A DNA stretch of 64,000 nt from a virus, in IMG/VR virus record IMGVR_UViG_3300044712_000833, positions 1 through 64,000 of that record; one strand, 5' to 3'. Positions within the stretch are counted from its first letter, which is position 1. Each line of letters opens with the position of its first letter. The notes under the pieces were generated by a model. The model worked only from the letters and a program-made list of their open reading frames with translations. It was not told the origin of the DNA and did not search any database. Position numbers and translations under genes: made by a program. Shown one piece after another: positions 9,384 through 19,131 of the stretch.

Positions 9384-9456
9384 TGTCACCTAGCTCAATT
9401 GGCGGAGCGTTTCCCTGTTAAGGAATTGGTTCTGAGTTCAAGTCTCAGGGTGACAG
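9384..9456 (+). tRNA. tRNA-Asn(GTT)
   Basis: TGTCACC/GGTGACA acceptor, anticodon loop CTGTTAA, TTCAAGT T-loop; CCA not encoded. Confidence 0.9.
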
Positions 9457-9508
9457 CTAGTAATATTTTTGGCGTTTCGTATAACGGCAGCTAAATTTTA
9501 GGAGACAA

Positions 9509-10486
9509 ATGACGGATTACAAGAATGAAAAAGGATTTCAGGAAATGTTGTCAATGTGGCAATCCAGCAATGGAAATAGTACTACTCCTTATTGGCAAAA
9601 TCTTTCTGAAAAATATGGAGATTCTGTAGAAGCTATTAAATCATGGTTCAAGCGTGAAAGGAATAAAAGAGGATTGAGTAAATCAAACGGACGTACAATG
9701 CAACAAAAACCTGTTATTGGTATTTTCGATATTGAAACTTTACCTTTGAAAATTGAAGGTCATTTATGGGCTATTCACGATCAGTATATTCCTCATACAA
9801 TGATTAAAGACTCTTGGAGAATGCTTGGTTGGGCAGGAAAAATTTTTGGAGACAGTAAAGTTTATTCTGATGTCATGACTTCAAAAGAAGCCATTGATAG
9901 AAGTTCTTTTCGAGTGGTAGAAAGCGCAAGAACCTTTCTTGATAAATTAGATATTCTAATCGCCCATAACGGAGATGAGTTCGATGTTAAAATTATGAAC
10001 TCTGAATTAGCTTTCCACAAAATGAGTCCTCTCCATTTTAGAACGATTGATACTCTAAAACTAATCCGATCAACTTTTAAACTGCCTTCTTATAAACTTG
10101 ATTATATCAATGACTATTTTGGCATTTCTCGAAAGATTCATAATGATGGTCAAGTATTGTGGGATAAATGCTTGAAGGGCGATAAGAAAAGTCTTAAAGA
10201 AATGGAGATTTATAATCAAGGTGATATTGTTGCTACAGATGATTTGTTTTGGACAATACAACCTTATGTTAAGGGACTTCCGAATTTCTCAACATATAAA
10301 AACGAACTTAATTCCAAAGAATGTAATTGTGGCGGAAAGTTTGTAAGTGATAAAAGTCATCCTTATTGGTACACAAATTTAGCAAAATACGAACGATATG
10401 TATGTTCAAATTGTGGTGCTGTAACAAGAGGAAGAAAAACTCTTTTAGATAAAAAGTTTTCTTCGAATTTATTAACTGGTTATTAG
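9509..10486 (+). CDS. RNase H-fold DEDD 3'-5' exonuclease with C-terminal Zn ribbon
   Basis: FDIET, HNGDEFD, IDTL, YNQGD; CNC..CSNC. Confidence 0.8.
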   Translation: MTDYKNEKGFQEMLSMWQSSNGNSTTPYWQNLSEKYGDSVEAIKSWFKRERNKRGLSKSNGRTMQQKPVIGIFDIETLPLKIEGHLWAIHDQYIPHTMIKDSWRMLGWAGKIFGDSKVYSDVMTSKEAIDRSSFRVVESARTFLDKLDILIAHNGDEFDVKIMNSELAFHKMSPLHFRTIDTLKLIRSTFKLPSYKLDYINDYFGISRKIHNDGQVLWDKCLKGDKKSLKEMEIYNQGDIVATDDLFWTIQPYVKGLPNFSTYKNELNSKECNCGGKFVSDKSHPYWYTNLAKYERYVCSNCGAVTRGRKTLLDKKFSSNLLTGY

Positions 10487-10580
10487 TATTAAATTTTATT
10501 TAGCGGGGAAATACTAACCGCTATTGTTTATGGGGTCAAAAAACAATAACTCTCATTTTATCCTTGAGGGGGAAATTTTT

Positions 10581-10613
10581 AACACGTTTGGCGTTTGCTA
10601 GGCGTGTTTTTTG
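10581..10613 (+). terminator. intrinsic terminator
   Basis: AACACGTTTGGC/GCTAGGCGTGTT plus T run. Confidence 0.65.
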
Positions 10614-10634
10614 TTTAGTAAGACAGGAGGAAAC

Positions 10635-12233
10635 TTGAAAACAAACATACTACTGGGAATTTTATTAATTATAAATTCTTTATTAAGTCCAATAGAATAT
10701 CAGGCAGAAAAAATAGTTTTTGTTTCTTCTTTTGGTAATGATACAAATTCATGCTCAATAGATTTTCCATGTAAAACAATATCTAAAGCAATGTCTCTTT
10801 CTCCTGATAAAATTTATTTACGACAAGGGACATACCTTCCCTTTACATTTTCAGGAAGCAATTATGAAGTATCTTCTTACAACGGAGAACAAGTAAATTT
10901 TGTTGGTTTAAATAAAGCCGGAGAAATTGTTTTAAATATAACAGGATCAGGAATTAAAATAAGTAATATCAGTGTGTCGAATAGCGGCTGGGCTGGTGTT
11001 TCTGTTTCTGGAGATTATTCTGGTGTTTATAATATAAAAGTGTATGAAACTGTTTCTCACGGAGTTATCTTGAAGGGAAAAGGTAATTTTATAGAAAATA
11101 GTTATGTAACAGATGTTGTTACTGAAAACAGACCTATATCAAATGTTCAATGGGGCAGTTGTATAAAGGGAGAAAAAGGTGCAACTGACGTAAGAATAAT
11201 TGGAAATAAAATTGAAAATTGTTATGGCGAAGGTATCGCTGTAACAATGACCAAGGGCGCAACTATTCAAAAAAACTATGTTGATACAGCTTACGCTGTT
11301 GGGATATATGTAGATAATAGTGATAACATTAAAGTAGATAAAAATTTTATTTATTGTGTTGATCCTGCTTTTATGCGAAATGGGACTTATTCGGCATCCA
11401 TAGCTATGTCAAATGAGGATTATTCTTATTTAGGGTGGTCTGGTGGAATACTTGGTAACATTTACATAACCAACAATTTGATATATCAATGTTCTGGAAT
11501 ATCATATTGGAAAGATTTAAATTATGGAATAAAAAATTTATATATTTCTCATAATAGTTTTTGGAACACTTCTGGAAACGCCGCAATTGGTGTTGAATAC
11601 GCTTCAGGTCAAACAAATATTAATATTACAAACAATATTTTAAAAGGTTCTGTATGGGTAGAAAATACTTCTGGTGGAGTAATTAATTCAAATAATCAAC
11701 AAGCATCTTTGAATATATATAAACAAACTCCAGATTTATACCCTGAAAATTGGTCTCTGCTAAAAGAAATATCTGTTCCTTATGTTAATGTCGATGATGA
11801 TTTTTTGGGAAATTCTAGATATAGCGTTTACTCTATAGGGGCTATTCAATATTTAAATTCTATTACCCCCACATATCAAATACCAACTAACACATTTACA
11901 TCAACTCCTGTTATAACATATACAAACACAAAAACCGTAACCCCAACAAAAGCAAACACTCCTTCTTTTACACCAACTATATCTTCAACCCCTTTTCAAA
12001 GCGTTATTGCTGAAATATCATATAGAGGAAAAGGAAAAAATTTAAACATTAGAGATATTGCCAGTATATACGGAAATACGGTTGGAGTTTTTTATCCTTA
12101 CTCTCAAGTAGAAATTCTCAATATTATAAAAGGTGATTCTTTAAGTCCTAATAATGTTTGGGGAAAAATAGGTTATAAAATGTATATTCCTTTATATTAT
12201 AATGGGGTTTACTATACTAATTGGAGGGAATAA
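10635..12233 (+). CDS. exported right-handed beta-helix (pectin-lyase-like) protein with Thr/Pro linker and SH3-like C-terminus
   Basis: signal-like N-terminus, GNDTNSCS..PCKTI, N/I/G beta-helix repeats, TPT linker, LNIR...WGKI; TTG start after AGGAGG. Confidence 0.7.
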   Translation: MKTNILLGILLIINSLLSPIEYQAEKIVFVSSFGNDTNSCSIDFPCKTISKAMSLSPDKIYLRQGTYLPFTFSGSNYEVSSYNGEQVNFVGLNKAGEIVLNITGSGIKISNISVSNSGWAGVSVSGDYSGVYNIKVYETVSHGVILKGKGNFIENSYVTDVVTENRPISNVQWGSCIKGEKGATDVRIIGNKIENCYGEGIAVTMTKGATIQKNYVDTAYAVGIYVDNSDNIKVDKNFIYCVDPAFMRNGTYSASIAMSNEDYSYLGWSGGILGNIYITNNLIYQCSGISYWKDLNYGIKNLYISHNSFWNTSGNAAIGVEYASGQTNINITNNILKGSVWVENTSGGVINSNNQQASLNIYKQTPDLYPENWSLLKEISVPYVNVDDDFLGNSRYSVYSIGAIQYLNSITPTYQIPTNTFTSTPVITYTNTKTVTPTKANTPSFTPTISSTPFQSVIAEISYRGKGKNLNIRDIASIYGNTVGVFYPYSQVEILNIIKGDSLSPNNVWGKIGYKMYIPLYYNGVYYTNWRE

Positions 12234-13012
12234 TGATATTTGATAATCAAGGAATTAAGATTTATGATGTTAGTAAATATCAAACTGTCATGTCTGAAAA
12301 CGGGAAACCATTGCCTCCAGAAAAGCAAAAGCATATTGATTTTAATGTAATGAAAACAAAAGCCTCTGCTGTAATAATTAAGTGTGGTCAGTGGAATTAT
12401 AAAGACCCTGCTTTTGAAATAAGTTGGAGAAACGCAAAATTAGCAGGAATTCCAAGAGGATCATACTGGTTTTGTGATAGATGGGATACAGGCAGAAATC
12501 AAGCAAGACTGTATTGGTCTTATATAAAGAACGATGTCGGAGAAGGTATTTTATCTGCTGATTTTGAAAGTGGATCATGGAATGACTTGAATCAATTATA
12601 TAATTTTATATATGAGTTACAACAATTGTCAAGTCTTCCAAATGAAAAAATTGTATTGTATACAAATTATTATTATTTCATGGAAGCAATACAAAATGCA
12701 AAAAGAGAATGGTTTGCTCAATATCCTTTGTGGATAGCTTCTTATTCTCTAACTCCTAGTTCTGTAAAAATACCCCCTGTTTGGGAAAAGACTTTTTTAT
12801 GGCAGTACGGTACTCCGGTAGAGGGTAAAGAAGCAGGTGTTCAATCTTTAGAAATAGACGGGAATTATTTGAACGGAGGTTATGATGAATTCAAAAAATA
12901 TTTTGGAGAATCTCAAAACATTCCTGAACCTGAAGAACCAAAAGTTCAATTAATTAATAAACATCTTATTTTTGATTATAAAAATAAAAAAATAAAATAT
13001 AGTTGGTTATAA
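12233..13012 (+). CDS. GH25 muramidase (endolysin)
   Basis: DVSKYQ, GSYWF, ADFE, LYT, LWIASY, WQY, IDGN. Confidence 0.85.
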   Translation: MIFDNQGIKIYDVSKYQTVMSENGKPLPPEKQKHIDFNVMKTKASAVIIKCGQWNYKDPAFEISWRNAKLAGIPRGSYWFCDRWDTGRNQARLYWSYIKNDVGEGILSADFESGSWNDLNQLYNFIYELQQLSSLPNEKIVLYTNYYYFMEAIQNAKREWFAQYPLWIASYSLTPSSVKIPPVWEKTFLWQYGTPVEGKEAGVQSLEIDGNYLNGGYDEFKKYFGESQNIPEPEEPKVQLINKHLIFDYKNKKIKYSWL

Positions 13013-13173
13013 TGAAAATAGAATCTATTTCAGAAGAATACTCTTTTTTATGTGAATTGTATTTGATAATTGAGAGCATTTATAAAAATAAACCAAACGA
13101 ATTATCTAAGAGAACTCTTTTTCTTGTTAGAAATAGAATTCTTGACTTAGATAAATTCTTACAAACTCAATAG
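13012..13173 (+). CDS. small hypothetical protein (53 aa, not in ORF track)
   Basis: TAATG-coupled ORF MKIESISEE...QTQ filling the gap. Confidence 0.5.
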   Translation: MKIESISEEYSFLCELYLIIESIYKNKPNELSKRTLFLVRNRILDLDKFLQTQ

Positions 13174-13182
13174 GAGAAATTT

Positions 13183-13542
13183 ATGATTAAAGGTAATGTA
13201 ACAGGAAATGTCAACATTAGATCAACACCAGATGCTTCTGGAACAGGAAATATAGTAGGGGTTATATTTGCAAATCAATCTTTTACAGGAAGCGAATATG
13301 TAAAAGACACTCTTGGGAAAAATTGGATAAAACTTTTAACAGTTAACGGAATTCAAACTTCTGGATATATTGCCGGTTATATTACGACTGTTGTTATAGA
13401 CGAAGTAATTACTGACCCATTGCCCGAAGTGGATTTAGGGATTCCTGAAAAAGTAACAACTATAGAAGAATTTAAATTACAAGATGGGACTATAAAGAAA
13501 AGAATTATTGAGTGGACTAATCCTACCGTATTAGAGGGATAG
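13183..13542 (+). CDS. SH3b-domain protein
   Basis: VNIRSTP...W.K....GYI. Confidence 0.65.
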   Translation: MIKGNVTGNVNIRSTPDASGTGNIVGVIFANQSFTGSEYVKDTLGKNWIKLLTVNGIQTSGYIAGYITTVVIDEVITDPLPEVDLGIPEKVTTIEEFKLQDGTIKKRIIEWTNPTVLEG

Positions 13543-13545
13543 TTC

Positions 13546-14418
13546 ATGAATCAATTAATTTTAAATTATAATTCTAAAAATGTAAAGTTTGAGAAATCGT
13601 CAGGTAGACCCGCTGGAATATACGGGGTTGTCAATCCAGACTATGAACAAGTTTGGAATATTCCCGACTATCAAGGGAAAATGATGACTTTAAAAAAATT
13701 AGACAGAAATTCCAGAAATGAAATTCTTATGGGTAAAAAGCAAGGTTCTGGATATAATGCTCCCTCAGGACAGTCTGTTCCCGCTACTGCCAGATTTCTT
13801 GATGATACATTTGTTGAATTTACCAAAGATTTGCAAGAGTGGTTTCATTATGTCTTGAATGGCGGAAAAACTAATGAAGTTCAAGCAAAAAAAGATTTTG
13901 CAAATTGCTTTAGAGATAACGCATGGATGACAAATTTTGCTGGTTCTTGGAGTCGGGCTGATTATATAAATAATAATGATAAGCCACCTTACATTCAATT
14001 ACAACCTATGGTTATGGGTGGGAGTTTGGTCAAAATTGTTGAAGAGATGATATATAAAAGACAACCTGCGTTGCTTATAGAAGCCATAAACCCAAAATAT
14101 CAATATTCAATTTATTCTCCAAAAAACCAAAGATGGTTATTTTTTAGACCTACGAATTCAGCGAGAATTAAAGTTGTGGACTCTAAGGGGTATACTATCG
14201 GTTATAAAACTTGGTACGAAGAACCTTCTAATTCTTGGTATGGTGAAAAAATGGAAATGGGTATATGGGGTTTTGTAGAAAATAAAAAAAGCTCTACTGG
14301 TTGGTGTAATATTATAGAAAAATCCAGAGTTAGATTTTTACAATCTGGAGAAAAGGTTCCTAATCCTTATATTATGAGAGACGGAAGAATTATGGAAAAC
14401 CCATATGATTCCTTCTAA
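13546..14418 (+). CDS. hypothetical protein
   Basis: 290 aa ORF with SD. Confidence 0.7.
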   Translation: MNQLILNYNSKNVKFEKSSGRPAGIYGVVNPDYEQVWNIPDYQGKMMTLKKLDRNSRNEILMGKKQGSGYNAPSGQSVPATARFLDDTFVEFTKDLQEWFHYVLNGGKTNEVQAKKDFANCFRDNAWMTNFAGSWSRADYINNNDKPPYIQLQPMVMGGSLVKIVEEMIYKRQPALLIEAINPKYQYSIYSPKNQRWLFFRPTNSARIKVVDSKGYTIGYKTWYEEPSNSWYGEKMEMGIWGFVENKKSSTGWCNIIEKSRVRFLQSGEKVPNPYIMRDGRIMENPYDSF

Positions 14419-14477
14419 ATAAAATGGGACTTTTATTAATACATTAAAACTGCCTGATACAATGTGTCAGGCATCTA

Positions 14478-14550
14478 GCCGTTGTAGCTCAATTGGCAGA
14501 GCAACTGTTTTGTAAACAGTAGGTCTCGAGTTCAAGTCTCGATGGCGGCT
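14478..14550 (+). tRNA. tRNA-Thr(TGT)
   Basis: ACTGT-TTTGTAA-ACAGT anticodon arm, TTCAAGT T-loop; acceptor has 3 G-U pairs; no CCA. Confidence 0.85.
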
Positions 14551-14552
14551 CT

Positions 14553-14647
14553 AGAAAAAAGATAGATTAGGATCGCAACCTGATTGAAAGCGGTGTCTCC
14601 CCGTTTCTTTTTTCTTATTTTTATGGAGAACAATAGGAGAGGAGAAA
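14553..14647 (+). ncRNA. three-helix leader RNA, copy A (before putative small terminase)
   Basis: P1 AGAAAAAAGA/TCTTTTTTCT, GATAG, P2 ATTAGG/CCTGAT, TGAAAG, loop TGTCTCC vs downstream GGAGA x3. Confidence 0.6.
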
Positions 14648-15667
14648 ATGGTAAAAACAAGAAGACTTGCCCCCGAAATTACAGTGGAATCAGGGTTGCC
14701 TCAAAATTTTGGGTTATGTAGAAAATGTCAAAAAATAAAAAAACTTCAGGACTTTTATAAAGCAACGGATTTATTTTTAGATTCTAATGGTCATATGTCC
14801 GTATGTAAAGACTGTATAAACACAATGTACGTTTCTATATTAGACTCCGAACACGGTTCTATATCTAAGACGATTCTTAGAATGTGCAGAATGTTGAATG
14901 TAAAGTATGATGAGAGTGCTATCTCATCTGCGTTGGAACATACTAAAATAAGAGAAGCAGATGAAACAAAACTTTTTGGTTTTTATAGACTAAAACTTTT
15001 GACTAATAATAGAACAGACGTTAGTGATACTTCCGTTGATCTAACTTATAAAGACAGCCCTGTTATTAATATGGGGTTTGATAAACCAATGGAATACGAA
15101 GTTTCTCAGGATGTAATTGACTTTTGGGGTGAAGGATTTGAAACCTCGGAATATGAATGGCTTGAAAAGACTCTTGATGGCTGGAAGAAAACTCACAAAT
15201 GCGACACTAAAGCCGAAGAAGTTTTGTTTAGAGAAATAGTGTTTAAGCAATTTGAAATTGAAAAGGCAAGAAAAGAAAATTCTTCTACTAGCAGTCTCAT
15301 TAAAGAACTTCAAGATATTATGAAAACCGCTTCGGTTGATCCTGCAAAGGCTAATGTTGCTGGTGCTGGAAAAAGTCAAGATACGTTTTCTGCATTTATA
15401 AAAATGATTGAAGAAAACGAACCTGCTGAAGTATTTGGAGATGAGAGAGAAGCCTTTAAAGATTTTCAAGGTATAGAGAAATATTTTTACAAATATGTAG
15501 TTCGATCCATAAAGAATTTTATTACTGGCAGTAGGGATTTTAATCTTGATGCTGAGGAAGATGAGATAGAAGGGGAAATAGAAGAATACGAACCTTTAAA
15601 TTATAATCCTGAAGAAAGCGAACAATCTTCTGACGATAATTCAGAGGAGGCAGAGAATGTCGTATAA
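14648..15667 (+). CDS. putative terminase small subunit (Zn finger)
   Basis: CRKC...CKDC; overlaps TerL start; SPbeta-like synteny. Confidence 0.55.
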   Translation: MVKTRRLAPEITVESGLPQNFGLCRKCQKIKKLQDFYKATDLFLDSNGHMSVCKDCINTMYVSILDSEHGSISKTILRMCRMLNVKYDESAISSALEHTKIREADETKLFGFYRLKLLTNNRTDVSDTSVDLTYKDSPVINMGFDKPMEYEVSQDVIDFWGEGFETSEYEWLEKTLDGWKKTHKCDTKAEEVLFREIVFKQFEIEKARKENSSTSSLIKELQDIMKTASVDPAKANVAGAGKSQDTFSAFIKMIEENEPAEVFGDEREAFKDFQGIEKYFYKYVVRSIKNFITGSRDFNLDAEEDEIEGEIEEYEPLNYNPEESEQSSDDNSEEAENVV

Positions 15668-16912
15668 AAACTACGAAGATGAATTTAGAAAAGACTCTTC
15701 TACTCAAGATGTTTTTAGACAAAGAAAAGATATGGTTAATAGAGATGTCTTTTCGAAAGAAAGAAAAGAAAGATATAAAAGATATATAACTCTATTTAGA
15801 GAAAACCCCGCTATTTTTATTAAACATTACTTTGGTATACATCTTCACCCTTATCAAGTTCTAATGATATGGATGTTACAAAGAAGTACTTTGGCTTACA
15901 TTGTTGCGTCTCGCGCTGTTGGTAAGACTTGGATTATTGCGGTTTGGGGATTGACTCTTGCTGTTTTATATCCGGGGATTAAAGTGATTGTTTGTGCTAA
16001 AACCATTAAACAAGGAGCGATTATTCTTAGCGAAAAATTAACTTCTTTAAGAGACACGTATCCTAATGTTGCAAGAGAAATTGTAAACATTACTACCAAC
16101 GCGAACGTTAATGAGGCTATCTTTAGAAACGGCAGTACTATAAAAGTTGTACCAAGTTCCGAAAACTCAAGAGGGAACCGCGCTAACTATATTATTGTAG
16201 AAGAAAGTCGACTGGTTCCAAAAGAAATTCTTGAAGCTGTAATTAAACCGTTTTTGTTTTCAAGGACTCCCCCATATAGACTGAAACCCGAATATGCTAA
16301 TGATGATAGATTGAAAGAAGAAGGTATTATCTCATATATTACTTCTGCTTGGTATAAAAGTGAATATTGGTATACCTACGTTAAATCAACTATCAAACGT
16401 ATGTTGAACGGCGATAAAACGGCTAATTTCTTAGCGTTAGATTATTTGATAAGTTTAAAACACAATATCAAAACAGAAACAATGTTAAAAAACGAAATGG
16501 ATGATGCTGATCCAATCACCGTCCAAATGGAATACGAGAACATTCCCTCTGGTCAATCGGGCAAAAGTTATTTTTCAATGTCTATGTTTAAGAGAAATAT
16601 GAAGAGAGCGTTTTATCCTCAAAGACAAGATGTTTATAACGAAAAGAAAAACCCATTTGAAATCAAGAAGGTTGAAGGGGAAATTCGTATCATATCTGTT
16701 GACGTTGCGACTCGTGCAAACAAAGTAAATGACCAAACAATTATATCTTGCGCTAGGCTTATACCAAATATAGGTAAGGGTTATGCGAGACAACTTGTTT
16801 ATATGGAATCCCACAAAGGAAAAAACACAGTTATTCAAGCAAAAAGAATAAAAGAAATATTTCATGACTTTGAAGCAGATTGGGTAGTGCTGGATTTACA
16901 AAATGCAGGGAT
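15657..16912 (+). CDS. terL: terminase large subunit, exon 1
   Basis: ASRAVGKT Walker A, RGNRANYIIVEE Walker B, ISVDVA nuclease motif. Confidence 0.9.
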
Positions 16913-17996
16913 AAATTTAATTGTCCTCTATTCAAGTGATTGAATAGTAATAAATTGGGGTATTAAGCGAGAAAGCTGAAATGCCAACTCGATCCGAAGG
17001 CTAATATTTATTATTAGTCAGGTGCAGAGCATAGAGATTGAAATAATATCTCCAAGAGACCCCGATATCTTTTTAGGAGGACAAATGTTAGTTGATGAAA
17101 AAGTTATTACAAAATGGAATTCTAGAACAAAACATTATTATGAAAACTTAGGATATGTATATACAGGAATGGGAACAGAACTTAAAGTTTATATAGAGCA
17201 CCTTCCTCAATCAAGTGAAGCAATGATTAAAATAATATGCGATTATTGCGGAAAAATATTTGAGAGAAGATGGAATTATTATATAAAAACTCATTCTGTT
17301 ATAGATAAAGATTCTTGTTATGATTGTTGTCAAAATAAGAGAGAAGACACAAACACCGTTAAATATGGAAAAAAGAATCCTATGGAAATTGATGACTTTA
17401 AAGAAAATCAAAAGAAATCCTTAATTGAAAAATACGGTGTTGACAACGTTTTCAAATTAGAATCAGTTAAAGAAATAATAAGAAATGTTAATTTAGAAAA
17501 ATATGGCGAGACAAGTTTTACAAAGACTGAAGAATATAGAGAAAAAACAAGAAATACTTGTGTTTCCAAGTATGGTGAAACCAGCCATATGAAAACTGAA
17601 AAATATAAAGAAATGTTTTCTGGAGAAAATAGCCCTGTTTGGAAAGGCGGAGTCCACGATGAAAGATGGGATAGACTTCAACCTAAGTACAAATCGTGGA
17701 GATTTCGAGTTTTTGAAAGAGATAATTTTATTTGCCAAAAGTGCCTAGTTCACCCTCAATATTTAGAGGCTCACCATATATTAAATTGGAAAGACAATAT
17801 AGATTTAAGATATGAAGTAGATAATGGAATAAGTTTTTGTCAAGATTGCCACATTGAATTTCATCGAATTTATGGAAAAATAAATAATAACTTTGAACAA
17901 CTAACGGAATTTCTAGAAAGATAAAGAAGTATGCCGAACTAGCAAGAATAAAATTGCTAGATTATATGAATAAAAAGTCATATAGATAACAAAATG
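16913..17996 (+). mobile_element. group I intron
   Basis: P1 GGGAT/GTCCT with U-G at 5' splice site; P3 GGGGT/ACCCC; P7 GAGCATA/TATGCC; omega G 17996; splicing restores LDLQNAGISIFDSMTQ. Confidence 0.9.
17085..17924 (+). CDS. intron-encoded HNH homing endonuclease
   Basis: RDNFICQKC...LEAHHI...NGISFCQDCHIEFH; KYG repeats; SD AGGAGG. Confidence 0.85.
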   Translation: MLVDEKVITKWNSRTKHYYENLGYVYTGMGTELKVYIEHLPQSSEAMIKIICDYCGKIFERRWNYYIKTHSVIDKDSCYDCCQNKREDTNTVKYGKKNPMEIDDFKENQKKSLIEKYGVDNVFKLESVKEIIRNVNLEKYGETSFTKTEEYREKTRNTCVSKYGETSHMKTEKYKEMFSGENSPVWKGGVHDERWDRLQPKYKSWRFRVFERDNFICQKCLVHPQYLEAHHILNWKDNIDLRYEVDNGISFCQDCHIEFHRIYGKINNNFEQLTEFLER

Positions 17997-18555
17997 AAGC
18001 ATTTTTGATTCCATGACCCAAGTAACACAATCAGAAGAAAGAGGAATTGATTATCCTCCGATGACTGTTGCGGATCATGAATTTATAGACGAGAAACTTA
18101 GATTAGAACTTTTAGAAAGAACCTTGGGAGTAGACGCTAAACCAGTGATATTTCCTATTCTCGCTACAAGTACTCTGAACTCTCAAATCGCTGTTTCTTT
18201 TAGAAACGCTCTTCAAAAGAAACTATGGTCGTTTTTAGTATCAGACAACGACATTGAGGATTTTCTTATTAAGTCATACAAAGATTTTATGACAAACGAC
18301 AATGAATCTTATAGAGCCTTTTACTTGAATCCATATCTTCAAACAACTTTGTTTATTGGGGAATGTGTGAATTTAGATATGATGCTTGTAAATGGAAACA
18401 TTAAACTTGTTGAAAAAGATGGAAATTATAAAGATAGATATACATCTGTTTCTTATCTTAATTTTATAGCATCTTTATTTGATAAAGACTTACTTAAAGA
18501 AACAGATGATACGAGCGATTGGGATGCTCTGCTTGGTGTGAGTTATATAGGATAG
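17997..18555 (+). CDS. terL: terminase large subunit, exon 2
   Basis: in frame with exon 1 after splicing (604 aa total); KDRYTS nuclease motif. Confidence 0.85.
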
Positions 18556-18567
18556 GAGAAAAAATAA

Positions 18568-18903
18568 ATGAATATATTAAATGCGGTAAATGCAACAGCG
18601 ACAAGTACAAATACTAGCACCTTGGTTTCGGGGTCTATTTTAAATGCTACAAACGGTATGAGTGTATCTTTTACAGTAAAAAACACAGGATTGACAAACA
18701 GTGTTGACTATTTAATTATAGCAGGAAACGCATCTGACTTAAGTGATGGTGTAACTGTTCAGAACTCAGCTACTTTGGCGGCTGGTGCTGTCGGATCATA
18801 TTCAATTCAGATAGCCCCTTTTTGTTATTACGGTGTGAAAATCGCTTCGACCTCTGCTGGTAATCATACTACAGTTGAAGCCAAAGGTAGAGTTAGAGGT
18901 TAA
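18568..18903 (+). CDS. small beta-rich protein, possibly virion-associated
   Basis: A/T/S/G-rich; in head module. Confidence 0.6.
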   Translation: MNILNAVNATATSTNTSTLVSGSILNATNGMSVSFTVKNTGLTNSVDYLIIAGNASDLSDGVTVQNSATLAAGAVGSYSIQIAPFCYYGVKIASTSAGNHTTVEAKGRVRG

Positions 18904-18904
18904 T

Positions 18905-19111
18905 GTGAATGAAGAACTAAAAAAGAGATTTGAATATCATGAACTAGATGAAAATCAGATGGAGCTAATCGAGGAACTGAGAACAAGATTTATTGAACTC
19001 GCTCAATTCATTGATGCAAACTGTCCCGTTTCCAGAGAAAAGGCGTTAGCAATGACACACTTGGAGATGAGCAGTTTCTATACCAATGCTTCTGTTAGCA
19101 GATATTCCTAA
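18905..19111 (+). CDS. Acb2/Tad1-hairpin-like protein (candidate immune-signal sponge)
   Basis: FEYH...Q...LR...LA..I...CP.SREKALAMTHLE; GTG start after GAGGT. Confidence 0.6.
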   Translation: MNEELKKRFEYHELDENQMELIEELRTRFIELAQFIDANCPVSREKALAMTHLEMSSFYTNASVSRYS

Positions 19112-19131
19112 CATATAAGAAAGGAGGAGAC

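Noticed and set aside
15657-18555. Terminase as two separate genes, or an intein
   Set aside because: Group I core elements and exact in-frame religation explain the split; no intein splice motifs.
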